Under the pieces are notes generated by a model. That model was not told the origin of the DNA. It searched no databases and saw nothing but the letters and a program-made list of their open reading frames with translations. From an uncultured Chitinophagaceae bacterium (GTDB lineage Bacteria > Bacteroidota > Bacteroidia > Chitinophagales > Chitinophagaceae), in contig CAZDGV010000005.1 in the NCBI GenBank assembly GCA_964505195.1, forward strand, positions 17,749 through 81,748: DNA of 64,000 bases, read 5' to 3'. How positions within the stretch are numbered: position 1 is the first letter of the stretch; each line of letters begins with the position of its first letter. A program made the translations under genes and the position numbers. Below, piece by piece: positions 1 to 9,145 of the stretch.

Positions 1-457
1 GCTGCAGCCATATTCCTATCATGTAATTAATGGTTTTTATATGTGGCAATTCACGCATGTGTTCATACTTAATAAGTCGGAAGCCGGAATGCAGTTCCCA
101 TGAGTTCTGCATGCTGAGAGGTTGTTCCGTGATGAGCACATGCGGCGTACTCGGGGTGTAGTTGTCTGCCGAGCTGCCACCGGTAACCGTGATACGGATT
201 CCTGAGCAGGGAAATCTGTGTTGCTTCATCAGTTGATCAACTTGCTCTAGCAATCCTTTTCTGCTGTAAGGAATTTTCAAATGCATAGCAGCAGCGGAGC
301 GTTCCAACCGATCGAGGTGCTCATCTACAAAAAGTGCTACTCCGTTTTGTGTTCGGAAAAAGTCGAAGACTCCATAGCCGCGTTGTACCGACAAATCATT
401 GATCGGAACAGCTGCTTGCTCAATTGGAACCAGTGAATTATTGATAATGGCGTACAT
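1..457 (-). CDS. Fold-type IV PLP aminotransferase (D-amino-acid / branched-chain aminotransferase family). Only the N-terminal part is present; the C-terminus lies beyond the window start.
   Basis: Absent from the ORF track because the window edge truncates it. Hand translation of the minus strand from the ATG at 457-455 gives MYAIINNSLVPIEQAAVPINDLSVQRGYGVFDFFRTQNGVALFVDEHLDRLERSAAAMHL... and stays open to position 1. The RGYGVFD...HLDRL..SA pattern is typical of class IV aminotransferase N-termini. Confidence 0.75.
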   Translation of the reverse strand, partial: MYAIINNSLVPIEQAAVPINDLSVQRGYGVFDFFRTQNGVALFVDEHLDRLERSAAAMHLKIPYSRKGLLEQVDQLMKQHRFPCSGIRITVTGGSSADNYTPSTPHVLITEQPLSMQNSWELHSGFRLIKYEHMRELPHIKTINYMIGIWLQ

Positions 458-465
458 GGTATTGA

Positions 466-2043
466 TTAATCTTGTGCATACCCCGGGCCTTTCAACGTAA
501 TTCCACTACGCATGCCGGTATGCTTTCCATGATCAACAGCTATCTTTCCGTTCACCAACACAAAAGAAAAACCGGTGGAATACTGGTGTGGCTGATCGTA
601 GGTAGATAAATCGCGAACGGATTTCGGATCAAACACAACAATATCGGCCATCATTCCTTCTTTCAACAATCCACGGTCTTTTAACTGAAATTTTTGTGCC
701 GGTAAAGAAGTCATGCGACGAATTGCTTCTTCCAGTGTGATTGCTTTTTCTTCCTGTACATATTTATTCAGTACGCGGGCATTGGTACCGTAACCACGGG
801 GGTGAGGAACGCCGCTTCCAAAAATGCGAATGCTCGCATCGCTGGCAAACATATTGAAGGGATATTGCATAATGCGTTTTACATCTTCTTCACTCATACC
901 GTGAAATACCATGGAGGCGCCACCATTGATCATCATTTCGATGACGGTTTCTGCTTCTGCCTTTGCATGATGTTTTCTTCCTTTTATTAAATTAACCTGT
1001 TCAATACTTTTTCCATTAAGTGTTGTGTCAAATCGATAATAAGCCACAACGGGATAACTAAAATGCTTCAGCTTCCTTTTTTTCAACCTGCTGATCATGT
1101 ATTCAACAACATACTTCTTTATATCAGCACGTTGCAACCGCGCAACAATAGAATCTTGTCCATCCGAAAGAATTTCATCGGGCAGCAAAGTGCTTAAAGA
1201 TGTACTGCTGGCGGTGTATGGGTACTGATCAATGGTTACATCTAATCCCTCTGCTCTTGCGTTCTCAATGAGCGCAATGGTTTCGCGACTGCGGCCCCAG
1301 TTTTGTTGTCCACTCACTTTAAAATGTGAAATTTCCACCGGCATACGGTTTACTCTGCCAATATGAATCGCTTCTTTTATGGCTGCCGTTACACTGTCGC
1401 CTTCATTGCGAATATGACTTGCATATATACCGCCGTAGCGCGCAGCCGCCCCAGCGAGCTGTACTACTTCTTCTGTTTTGGAATAAGTACCGGGGATATA
1501 AATGAGTCCGGTAGAGAAGCCTACGGCGCCATCTTTCATGGCTTGCTCTACCAGCTGCACCATACGCTGCATTTCTGCAGTATCAGGATCGCGCATAGTA
1601 CGGCCCATTACGGTACGGCGGATATCATTATGTCCCACCAGTGCTGCTACATTCACCGATAATTGAATACTGTCGATCCAGTTTAAATATCGTTTCATAT
1701 CAACCTGCGAAGAACCGCAATTACCAGTAATCACTGTAGTTACGCCATCGTAAATGAAATTGGAAGCCTCAGGATTTTTTGCTTCCTCTCCTTCAATGTG
1801 TGTATGCACATCAATAAAGCCGGGAGCAACGATTTGTCCCTTTGCGTCAATAATTTTGGATGCCAAAGCATGATTCAGTTTACCGATCGCGGCGATCTTT
1901 CCGTTTTTGATGGCCAGATCTGCATGATACCAACTGTTGCCCGTACCATCGAGAATTTTGCCGTTGGCAATGATGATATCATAGTTGCTTTGGGCATTAG
2001 TAGATAAAGAAAAAAACAGTGCTGCGAAAAAATACCATTTCAT
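466..2043 (-). CDS. N-acyl-D-amino-acid deacylase (D-aminoacylase) family amidohydrolase, secreted
   Basis: 525 aa. N-terminal signal peptide MKWYFFAALFFSLSTNAQ. Amidohydrolase metal motif GFIDVHTHIEGE. Family-typical DQYPYTASSTSL and ASDAS segments. Confidence 0.85.
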   Translation of the reverse strand: MKWYFFAALFFSLSTNAQSNYDIIIANGKILDGTGNSWYHADLAIKNGKIAAIGKLNHALASKIIDAKGQIVAPGFIDVHTHIEGEEAKNPEASNFIYDGVTTVITGNCGSSQVDMKRYLNWIDSIQLSVNVAALVGHNDIRRTVMGRTMRDPDTAEMQRMVQLVEQAMKDGAVGFSTGLIYIPGTYSKTEEVVQLAGAAARYGGIYASHIRNEGDSVTAAIKEAIHIGRVNRMPVEISHFKVSGQQNWGRSRETIALIENARAEGLDVTIDQYPYTASSTSLSTLLPDEILSDGQDSIVARLQRADIKKYVVEYMISRLKKRKLKHFSYPVVAYYRFDTTLNGKSIEQVNLIKGRKHHAKAEAETVIEMMINGGASMVFHGMSEEDVKRIMQYPFNMFASDASIRIFGSGVPHPRGYGTNARVLNKYVQEEKAITLEEAIRRMTSLPAQKFQLKDRGLLKEGMMADIVVFDPKSVRDLSTYDQPHQYSTGFSFVLVNGKIAVDHGKHTGMRSGITLKGPGYAQD

Positions 2044-2137
2044 ATCGGTAAGTTATATATAATATCAAGCATTGGTTGGAATAAGTTAGGCTTTCATAAG
2101 CTGTTAGCTTTTTTCTATAGAGCTTATAAAATTCTAT

Positions 2138-4360
2138 TTAGTTTCCAGGGCGATAGCTTCTTTCAGTGTGTTTGAGTATATCTTCTTTGTAAAATAGCAC
2201 ATCTTTAAAAATCCCCTTTGTGTACATCTCCAGCTGATCATTGAAATGTTTGCTTTTGGAATCACTGCTGTTGCCTCCTGCCAATACCGACTTTGCTTTT
2301 ACTTTTTCTCCAAATTCTACAGCGCAAACAAAACTGTTTCCGCTAACACCATATCTTTTGTTGGTTCCGGAATAAGTTCTGCTGTTATATGCCGGCAACA
2401 TGCCCCAGGTGCCCGAAGCAAATGCAACCGGTTTGCTTTCAAGCGCATCGTTATATACCTGTTCAATGTTTCCGCTAATACGCTGAAAGCGATTCACTTC
2501 ACCCCAGGGCATTTCCCATTTGCCAAATTTTTTCTTCAGGTCATTCACTACTGCACTTAAGCTTTCCAATAGTTGCTTTTGAGGCGCTTCTAAAACAAAC
2601 TGTTTCGTTTTGCTCACCTGGTCATCTTCCCCTTCATCAACATACACCTTACTAATACTGCGCCCCAACAACTGCGCCCACTCAATGGCAAGGGTAGTGG
2701 CAATGGATTGTTCCGATACTTGATAATCCCATTGCTTTAATAATGCAATGGGTGTTTGCAAAGCAGTATATAGAGTGTCGTTTGATTCTAGCTGATCATA
2801 TGCCTTTAACAAAGCAGGTAATAACCATTCAAATGCAGTGAGTTTTCGGTTGTAACCGGTTTCAATGGTTTTTTCAATAGTAAGACCTTTTGTTTCGTTT
2901 AACAGGCGTGCTGCATTCAGTCCACGAAAATTTTCTCCGTCGGGGGCCATATAGCGCGGATAGTTTTCTTTATTTGGACTTGCCGTACCGCTTACTGTAA
3001 ATGGGGTTGAATTACAGTTTTGAATCCATCCGGTGTTAGGATTGATCACATGAACGGTTTCTTCCCAGCGATGCAACCCTTTCCATTCTGTGGCCGAGGT
3101 TGTGCCATCCATCACTTTGCTCCAGTTGTAATTGGGGTTTCGCCGCGGCACGAAATTACCATGCCAATATGCAATATTTCCGTTACGGTCTGCAAATACT
3201 GTATTGTTAGAAGCATTGGCTGTCCATTCCATTACTTTTTTATAGTCTTCCAGTCCCTTTGCTTTGGTGCGTAGCCAGCTTTGTATCAAACCTTTCATAT
3301 CACGGTTGATGCTACGCACTGCAATTGCATTGCCATCTCGCATGGCCATGATCGGACCATGATGTGTAGCGTAGGTAGTGATCATTTTACTTTGCATGCC
3401 GCCGGCAGATTGATACCGCAGTGTGATATTTTTTTCTGATACTTTTTTCCATTGATTATCGTAGAGATATTCGTATCCGCTTCCTTTTTTACGGAGGGTA
3501 ATTTTGTACATATCGCTTACATCTACATTGTTGCTGGTGTGCATCCAGCCGCAGTATTCATTAAACCCCTGATAAATAAAAAACTGCCCCCATGTAACGG
3601 CGCCGTAAGCATTGATCCCTTCTTCGCTTATCATATGTACTTCCGGACGAAAATAAAACGTGGTATGCGGGTTGATGTATAAGATGGCTTTTCCCGAAGC
3701 GGTACGGGATGGTGCAAAGGCAAAACCATTTGAACCCGCCGCATCTCTTTTTTCTTCTCGCTGCTGTAAAAAAGCAAGATCAGCTGCTGTGCTTTTTAAG
3801 TTGCTTGTAAGCGGTAGGTTGCTTCCGTAAAATCGTTTCACATCTTCTTCTGTCACATCACCTGTACTTATGGCACCTATGCTTCCGTCGGTCCATAACA
3901 GGGGATACCAGGGTTGAAAACGTTGCAACAGCGATGGCTTTACTTCAGGATGCGTATGCAAATAAAAGTTGATGCCATCGGCCCAGGCCTGTAGCAGTGT
4001 TTTGAGCCACGAAGGAGATTTTTTAAAATCAGCAACCGCATCTGCACTGTCAATGATTAATCGAATATACAGGTCATCGAAAAGGGCAGGTTCTCCTGCT
4101 ACTTCTGCTTTACGCCCCAGTTTTTCAATGTAGTTCATTTCTACGCGCTTGAAATCATCTTCACATTGAGCGTACAGCAAACCAAAGACTGCATCCGCAT
4201 CGGTTTTCCCATACACGTGCGGAATGCCCCACTGATCGCGGTGTATTGTAATTTGTTGCGCTTGCTTTTTCCAACGATTGATTTCGTCAACGCTAAAGGG
4301 TTGTGAAAAAAGGTGAAGGGGTAGCAACGTCAATGCTATTAAAAAATATTTCATATTCAA
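2138..4360 (-). CDS. Penicillin/cephalosporin acylase family protein (peptidase S45, Ntn hydrolase), secreted
   Basis: 740 aa with a signal peptide. The internal SNGFAFAPSRTASGKAILYINPH segment fits the autoproteolytic Ser nucleophile at the beta-subunit N-terminus of S45 acylases. Confidence 0.8.
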   Translation of the reverse strand: MNMKYFLIALTLLPLHLFSQPFSVDEINRWKKQAQQITIHRDQWGIPHVYGKTDADAVFGLLYAQCEDDFKRVEMNYIEKLGRKAEVAGEPALFDDLYIRLIIDSADAVADFKKSPSWLKTLLQAWADGINFYLHTHPEVKPSLLQRFQPWYPLLWTDGSIGAISTGDVTEEDVKRFYGSNLPLTSNLKSTAADLAFLQQREEKRDAAGSNGFAFAPSRTASGKAILYINPHTTFYFRPEVHMISEEGINAYGAVTWGQFFIYQGFNEYCGWMHTSNNVDVSDMYKITLRKKGSGYEYLYDNQWKKVSEKNITLRYQSAGGMQSKMITTYATHHGPIMAMRDGNAIAVRSINRDMKGLIQSWLRTKAKGLEDYKKVMEWTANASNNTVFADRNGNIAYWHGNFVPRRNPNYNWSKVMDGTTSATEWKGLHRWEETVHVINPNTGWIQNCNSTPFTVSGTASPNKENYPRYMAPDGENFRGLNAARLLNETKGLTIEKTIETGYNRKLTAFEWLLPALLKAYDQLESNDTLYTALQTPIALLKQWDYQVSEQSIATTLAIEWAQLLGRSISKVYVDEGEDDQVSKTKQFVLEAPQKQLLESLSAVVNDLKKKFGKWEMPWGEVNRFQRISGNIEQVYNDALESKPVAFASGTWGMLPAYNSRTYSGTNKRYGVSGNSFVCAVEFGEKVKAKSVLAGGNSSDSKSKHFNDQLEMYTKGIFKDVLFYKEDILKHTERSYRPGN

Positions 4361-4413
4361 TTAAAATGCTTTTGAAGTGATTTAAGCCGCTAACAAGTAA
4401 AATCTTCTAATCA

Positions 4414-5637
4414 TTATTGCTGTGCGTTCAGTACACGTAGAAAATTTTCTCCCAGAATTTTTCGAATTTCATTTTTTCTGTAGCCTCTTTTTAGCAGCGC
4501 ATGTGTAATCATCGGCATATCTTCTACGCCTTCCAATGAACGGGGTAGTGCTTCCACTCCATCGAAATCGCTGCCCAAGCCAACATGATCTATTCCTGCT
4601 AAGCGAACGATATAGTCCAGATGATCCATCAACACATCCAACGATGGCCGTATTGCCCGCATTTCTTCCTGATGTTTTTCTGCTACCATCATACGTGCAT
4701 AATCTGGCTGAATATTTTTAGCAATCAGCTCATTTATTTCATCCTGCCATTTTATAAACAGCGCATCGCGCTTGCGCTCATAACTGCTATCGAGAAAGCC
4801 TGCATAAAAATTAAGAAAAATTACCCCACCGTTTTGGGCGATGGCTTTGATTTGATCATCCTTTAAGTTGCGGCGATGCATGCATAAATTCCAAACGCAA
4901 CTATGTGAAGCTATCACCGGTTTTTGGGTCGTACCCATAATATCCCAAAAGGTTTGTTCGCCGGCATGACTCACATCTATCATCATGCCGAGTGAGTTCA
5001 TTTTTTTAACCACTGCTTGTCCAAAGGCCGTCAATCCTTTTTTCCCTTCACTGTTTTTTACTCCATCTAAACTTGTTTCATCAGCAGCAGAGGTGGCCCA
5101 GGATGTAGAATTGTTCCATGTGATGGTTAAATAGCGCACACCCCGTTCGTACAACGTATTTAAATTGGCGATATTATTTTCAATCATGTGCCCGCCTTCC
5201 ACGCCCAGCATGGCAGCAAGCTTATTGGTTTTTCTTGCTTTTTGAAGATCGGTAGTATTTTTCACCAGCATCATTTCGCTTTCATTACGCGCAACCCAGG
5301 CATACACGCTATCGATTTCGCGCTGTGCATGCAAAAAAGGATTTTTCTGTGCTCCGTCGCAAAAAATGGAAAACATTTGTGCATCCACCCCACCGCTCCG
5401 CATGCGTGACAAATCAGAATGTGTTTTTCCTTTCAAATCGGCATCAAAGGGAACTTGTTTTTCAATAGCAGCAGAAGGGATATCATTATGTGTATCTGCC
5501 ACAAAAGCACGGCGATGGATTGTTGCGTAGCGCTGTGCCTGTAATAAAGCAGGCAAGAGTAGCAGCGCGACAACACATGTTTTTTTAAAGCAAAAAAATG
5601 TACGCACGATTCCAACTTTGGTAGGAAAGTTAACCAA
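4414..5637 (-). CDS. Membrane dipeptidase (peptidase M19, renal dipeptidase-like), secreted
   Basis: 407 aa. Hydrophobic N-terminus ending LLQAQ. FVADTHNDIP near the N-terminus and DHVGLGSDFDG near the C-terminus are M19 hallmarks. Confidence 0.85.
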   Translation of the reverse strand: MVNFPTKVGIVRTFFCFKKTCVVALLLLPALLQAQRYATIHRRAFVADTHNDIPSAAIEKQVPFDADLKGKTHSDLSRMRSGGVDAQMFSIFCDGAQKNPFLHAQREIDSVYAWVARNESEMMLVKNTTDLQKARKTNKLAAMLGVEGGHMIENNIANLNTLYERGVRYLTITWNNSTSWATSAADETSLDGVKNSEGKKGLTAFGQAVVKKMNSLGMMIDVSHAGEQTFWDIMGTTQKPVIASHSCVWNLCMHRRNLKDDQIKAIAQNGGVIFLNFYAGFLDSSYERKRDALFIKWQDEINELIAKNIQPDYARMMVAEKHQEEMRAIRPSLDVLMDHLDYIVRLAGIDHVGLGSDFDGVEALPRSLEGVEDMPMITHALLKRGYRKNEIRKILGENFLRVLNAQQ

Positions 5638-5725
5638 AATGGATCATACTAATACATCTCAGCCGAAGTATAAGCCTTGTTTGAAAGCAAAGGAAAATAG
5701 CTTTCTGTTAGAAGCGCCTGATTGA

Positions 5726-6487
5726 TTAAGGCAATTTGCCGCCCGAGATAAATGCTTTCATTGAAAGCTGAATGTACTGATACAGTTCAATATCTATTAC
5801 TTGTGTAAGCAGTTCGTACTCCGGGCGATATTCTTTAAGATATTGGTCGAGAACAATATCGCTGTCAATACCCGTAAGCTGCTTTACAATTTTTTTATTG
5901 AAGCGGTAGTCAATGTAACGATCCTGTTCTTCTCGAATCAGTCGTTGCTGAAAGCGCAGCATGCTTCTGTTGCGCCGAAAGCGAAACATATTGATCAGGT
6001 TTTCCAAGTCAACACCTACGGCAGCGCCCGGCATGGCATTGTTTACCGGAGCGATGGAAATACCGGGTTTTTGGAACTGAAATATTTTATCGTAATTCAG
6101 TCGGTTTTCAATCGAGTCTTGTTTGTATCGGTTACCATATACAATTACTTCAGGCAACTGACGGTATCGTCCCGGCAGAACAATGTTTAAAGCGATATCG
6201 AAATTGTTGAAGTCCTTCGCGTTTTTTACAGCGAATTTTTGGGTTGGTCTGTCTCGGAAAAAAAAGAAAACCGAATCAGCATCACTTACAAAAACGGTGT
6301 ATCGTCCGGTGCTGTCTGTAAAATCCATAGTGCCGCAGGTGCAAATTACCTGCACGCCCGGTACTACATAAATTCTCGATGAATCGTATACACTGCCACT
6401 CAGCGGAAAAACCTGTGCGCCTGCATTGCCAGCAACGCAGATGCTTACGAAAAGCCCCAACAGGTATTTCAGCCATTGTTTTTGCAT
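5726..6487 (-). CDS. Hypothetical secreted protein with an N-terminal carboxypeptidase-regulatory-like beta-sandwich
   Basis: 253 aa. Signal peptide ending AGNAGAQ. SGSVYD...VPGVQV...TDSTGRYTVFV resembles CarboxypepD_reg-like domains. The remainder is unassigned. Confidence 0.45.
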   Translation of the reverse strand: MQKQWLKYLLGLFVSICVAGNAGAQVFPLSGSVYDSSRIYVVPGVQVICTCGTMDFTDSTGRYTVFVSDADSVFFFFRDRPTQKFAVKNAKDFNNFDIALNIVLPGRYRQLPEVIVYGNRYKQDSIENRLNYDKIFQFQKPGISIAPVNNAMPGAAVGVDLENLINMFRFRRNRSMLRFQQRLIREEQDRYIDYRFNKKIVKQLTGIDSDIVLDQYLKEYRPEYELLTQVIDIELYQYIQLSMKAFISGGKLP

Positions 6488-6526
6488 GTTACAAATTAAG
6501 CAGCGATGATGATATTTTTATATTGG

Positions 6527-7375
6527 TTATGCTTTCAGCAGTTTTTCAATCACGGCAGGATAGTGTTTGTGTTCGAGCTGCTGCACTTTTTTGGAAACAC
6601 TTTCCGGAGTATCCCCTGCGGCTATCCCGCATTTTTCCTGAAAAATGATGTCTCCATTGTCGTAGTGTTCGTCAACATAATGAATGGTTATCCCGGTATC
6701 CTGCTCTCCCCCTGCCAGCACCGCTTGGTGCACATTCAATCCATACATACCCTTTCCGCCATATTTTGGAAGCAGGGCTGGATGGATGTTTACAATTTTT
6801 CTAGGGAAGGCTTCTATAAGAGCAGATGGGAGTTTCCAAAGAAATCCCGCCAGCACAATAAAATCGATTTTTTCAGCCATCAGCTCATCCACATAGCCAT
6901 TGCCATGCAAAAAGGTTTTCCGGTCGATGATCCAGGTGGGAATATGGTGTGCCGCAGCTATTTGCAGTACGCCTGCACCCGGTTTGTTGGAAACAATCAG
7001 GGCAATTTCTATGGCTTTATGCCCTTTAAAGTGACGAATTATGGTTTCCGCATTGCTGCCTGTTCCCGAAGCAAATATGGCTACCCTTGTTACGATCGGC
7101 TTTCCGGTAATGCGCTTCCACATTCGAAGGAGGTAGTTTTGAAAAAAGCGAAACTGACCAAGCGGAATGCTGATTCCCAACACACAAATGGGCCAGAGCA
7201 GGGTAATGAGCGGCACGTAAAGGATCCAGTAAACCCAGTTTTGCTCATCGAGTATAAGCTGAAGCAAGCCGCTGCCCAATTTGGCACAAAGGCTGCCACC
7301 AAGTGCGAAAGTGCTGAAAATCAATGCAAATTGAGGCCAGCTGACCTTCCATTTCTTTTTGAGGTAGGCAAACAT
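6527..7375 (-). CDS. purN: Phosphoribosylglycinamide formyltransferase (PurN) with an in-frame N-terminal membrane extension of about 84 aa
   Basis: The C-terminal ~190 aa carry VAIFASGTGSN, NIHPALLPKYGG and ITIHYVDEHYDNG (PurN/formyltransferase motifs). The same frame is open upstream through MFAYLKKKWKVSWPQFALIFSTFALGG...WILYVPLITLLWPICVLGISIPLG (2-3 predicted TM helices). Candidate starts are ATG 7375 and ATG 7123 (MWKRITGKPIVTRVAIF, PurN only). The track start at 7459 is less likely. Confidence 0.8.
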   Translation of the reverse strand: MFAYLKKKWKVSWPQFALIFSTFALGGSLCAKLGSGLLQLILDEQNWVYWILYVPLITLLWPICVLGISIPLGQFRFFQNYLLRMWKRITGKPIVTRVAIFASGTGSNAETIIRHFKGHKAIEIALIVSNKPGAGVLQIAAAHHIPTWIIDRKTFLHGNGYVDELMAEKIDFIVLAGFLWKLPSALIEAFPRKIVNIHPALLPKYGGKGMYGLNVHQAVLAGGEQDTGITIHYVDEHYDNGDIIFQEKCGIAAGDTPESVSKKVQQLEHKHYPAVIEKLLKA

Positions 7376-7779
7376 CCGGCAAAAGTCGGAAGAAAAAGCC
7401 GGTTTGCTCGACAAGGGATTGCTAAAACTAATGATCAAAACCATCCGAACACCTACCAAAGCTGGACGATTTTTGGTTTATGCCTTCCGGAGACATCTTT
7501 TTTTACGCGGAAAAGTCGAGAAAAGAGATAAAAAAATTCAACTCAACACTTGTGGTTTTAAAGTAGGATCACTCAAAAATGAAAGTTTGCACAAGTATCT
7601 TCAGTGCTTTCGCTCAGCTGTGTTGAATTGATCGTATCAATTCTTCCAAAAACACTGTCACAAAATGGTTTTGCTGGATTGTCAATGAGCCGTTAAATAC
7701 AGTTGTAAAGTCTTGAAATGCAGCGGCGGAGCGACAAAAAATTTTTTCTTTGTGTGGATATTATGTCAGTATCTACCCC

Positions 7780-7787
7780 TAAATTTG
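7780..7787 (+). promoter_or_regulatory. Candidate Bacteroidota -7 promoter box (TAAATTTG) upstream of the ACIII operon
   Basis: TAAATTTG matches the TAnnTTTG -7 consensus and lies 66 nt upstream of the actA ATG at 7853. The nearest upstream TTTG (7749-7752) is 27 nt away, longer than the usual ~19-21 nt, so support is weak. Confidence 0.25.
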
Positions 7788-7852
7788 CAGCCAATATCCA
7801 AGGTATAATCGCGGGTATATTCCACAAACCACTATATACGTTTCAAAACGTT

Positions 7853-9088
7853 ATGAGCCACACTAATTCAATTCTTCGCAAGGCATTTTTGTTTCTTTTC
7901 GCAGTATTGTTTTTTCAGGAGGGTTTTGCACAGGATGGCAAGGCATTGTTCCAGGCCAATTGTGCTTCCTGTCATGCTGTAAATAAAAAACTTACCGGTC
8001 CTGCGCTTGCAGGTGTTGAAACCCGCGGCCCATGGGCTGATCGCAAGGAGCTTTATGCTTGGGTGAAAAATCCTGCCGGCTATGCCAAGGGCAACGAATA
8101 TGCTGCCAACCTCATTAAAGAGTACAACGGAGTGCTGATGACGGCCTTCCCATCTTTATCCGATGACGAGATTGGATCCATTATTGATTATGTAAACGCA
8201 GAAGCAAGTAAAAAGCCCGATGCGGCTTCACCTGCGGCAGCTGAGGAAGCACCAAAAGAAGACAGTTCTCTGTTGTTTGGTGTTTTAACCCTGGTATTGG
8301 CCATCGTGGCACTGATTCTTTTGCAGATCAACAGCAATTTGCGCAAACTGAGTGATGATAAAGAAGGTATCCGCCGCGCAGAACCCGTTCCTTTTTATCG
8401 CAACAAAGCGTATATCGCTACATCTATTATTGTATTATTCCTTGTAGGGGGTTATTATACTATTCAGGGCGCTATTGGTTTGGGACGTCAGCAAAACTAC
8501 CAGCCTGAACAGCCCATTTATTACTCACATAAAGTGCATGCCGGCATCAATCAAATTAACTGTTTGTATTGCCATGGCGGCGCAATGGAAGGCAAGCATG
8601 CCAACATTCCCAGCGTCAATGTGTGTATGAACTGTCACATGGCCATCAATGAATACAATGGTCCCAAATTGTATGCGGAAGACGGTACAGAAATCAATGG
8701 TACAGCAGAAATCCAGAAATTATATGAATATGCCGGTTGGGATCCTGCTACCGGAAAATATACAGGTAATGGCAAGCCGATTGAGTGGGTAAAAATTCAC
8801 AACCTGCCCGACCATGTTTACTTCAACCATGCCCAGCATACCAAGGCCGGCGGCGTTCAGTGTCAAACCTGTCATGGTGAAATACAAAACATGGGTGAAG
8901 TGTATCAGTTTTCCAGCTTAAGCATGGGTTGGTGTATTAACTGTCACCGCGAAACCAAAGTCAACTTTAAAGACAATGGCTTCTACAGCATGTACGAAAA
9001 GTTTCATAACGATATTAAGAATGGCAAAATGGACAGTGTAACCGTTGAGAAAATTGGCGGAACGGAGTGTCAGAAATGCCATTATTAA
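7853..9088 (+). CDS. actA: Alternative complex III subunit ActA, multihaem cytochrome c with an extra N-terminal monohaem domain (six CxxCH in total)
   Basis: CxxCH motifs: CASCH (N-terminal class I-like domain), then CLYCH, CMNCH, CQTCH, CINCH, CQKCH. An Ala/Pro/Glu linker and hydrophobic helices (LLFGVLTLVLAIVALILL) separate the domains. I prefer the start at ATG 7853 (MSHTNSILRKAFLFLFAVLFF signal/anchor) over the track start at 7718. Confidence 0.85.
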   Translation: MSHTNSILRKAFLFLFAVLFFQEGFAQDGKALFQANCASCHAVNKKLTGPALAGVETRGPWADRKELYAWVKNPAGYAKGNEYAANLIKEYNGVLMTAFPSLSDDEIGSIIDYVNAEASKKPDAASPAAAEEAPKEDSSLLFGVLTLVLAIVALILLQINSNLRKLSDDKEGIRRAEPVPFYRNKAYIATSIIVLFLVGGYYTIQGAIGLGRQQNYQPEQPIYYSHKVHAGINQINCLYCHGGAMEGKHANIPSVNVCMNCHMAINEYNGPKLYAEDGTEINGTAEIQKLYEYAGWDPATGKYTGNGKPIEWVKIHNLPDHVYFNHAQHTKAGGVQCQTCHGEIQNMGEVYQFSSLSMGWCINCHRETKVNFKDNGFYSMYEKFHNDIKNGKMDSVTVEKIGGTECQKCHY

Positions 9089-9145
9089 TCATCTACGGTT
9101 TTTGAAATAATCAACGTAATCAGCAAAATCAGCACACTAGCAATT

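Noticed and set aside
6506-7531. 341-aa plus-strand ORF covering the whole purN locus
   Set aside because: It is antisense to a gene with unambiguous PurN motifs. Its translation is rich in R, F and C, has no recognisable motif and looks like a typical shadow ORF.
7718-7852. 45-codon N-terminal extension of actA in the track
   Set aside because: The signal/anchor sequence begins at ATG 7853, and a -7-like box (7780-7787) lies inside the extension. The extension therefore probably belongs to the 5' untranslated/promoter region.
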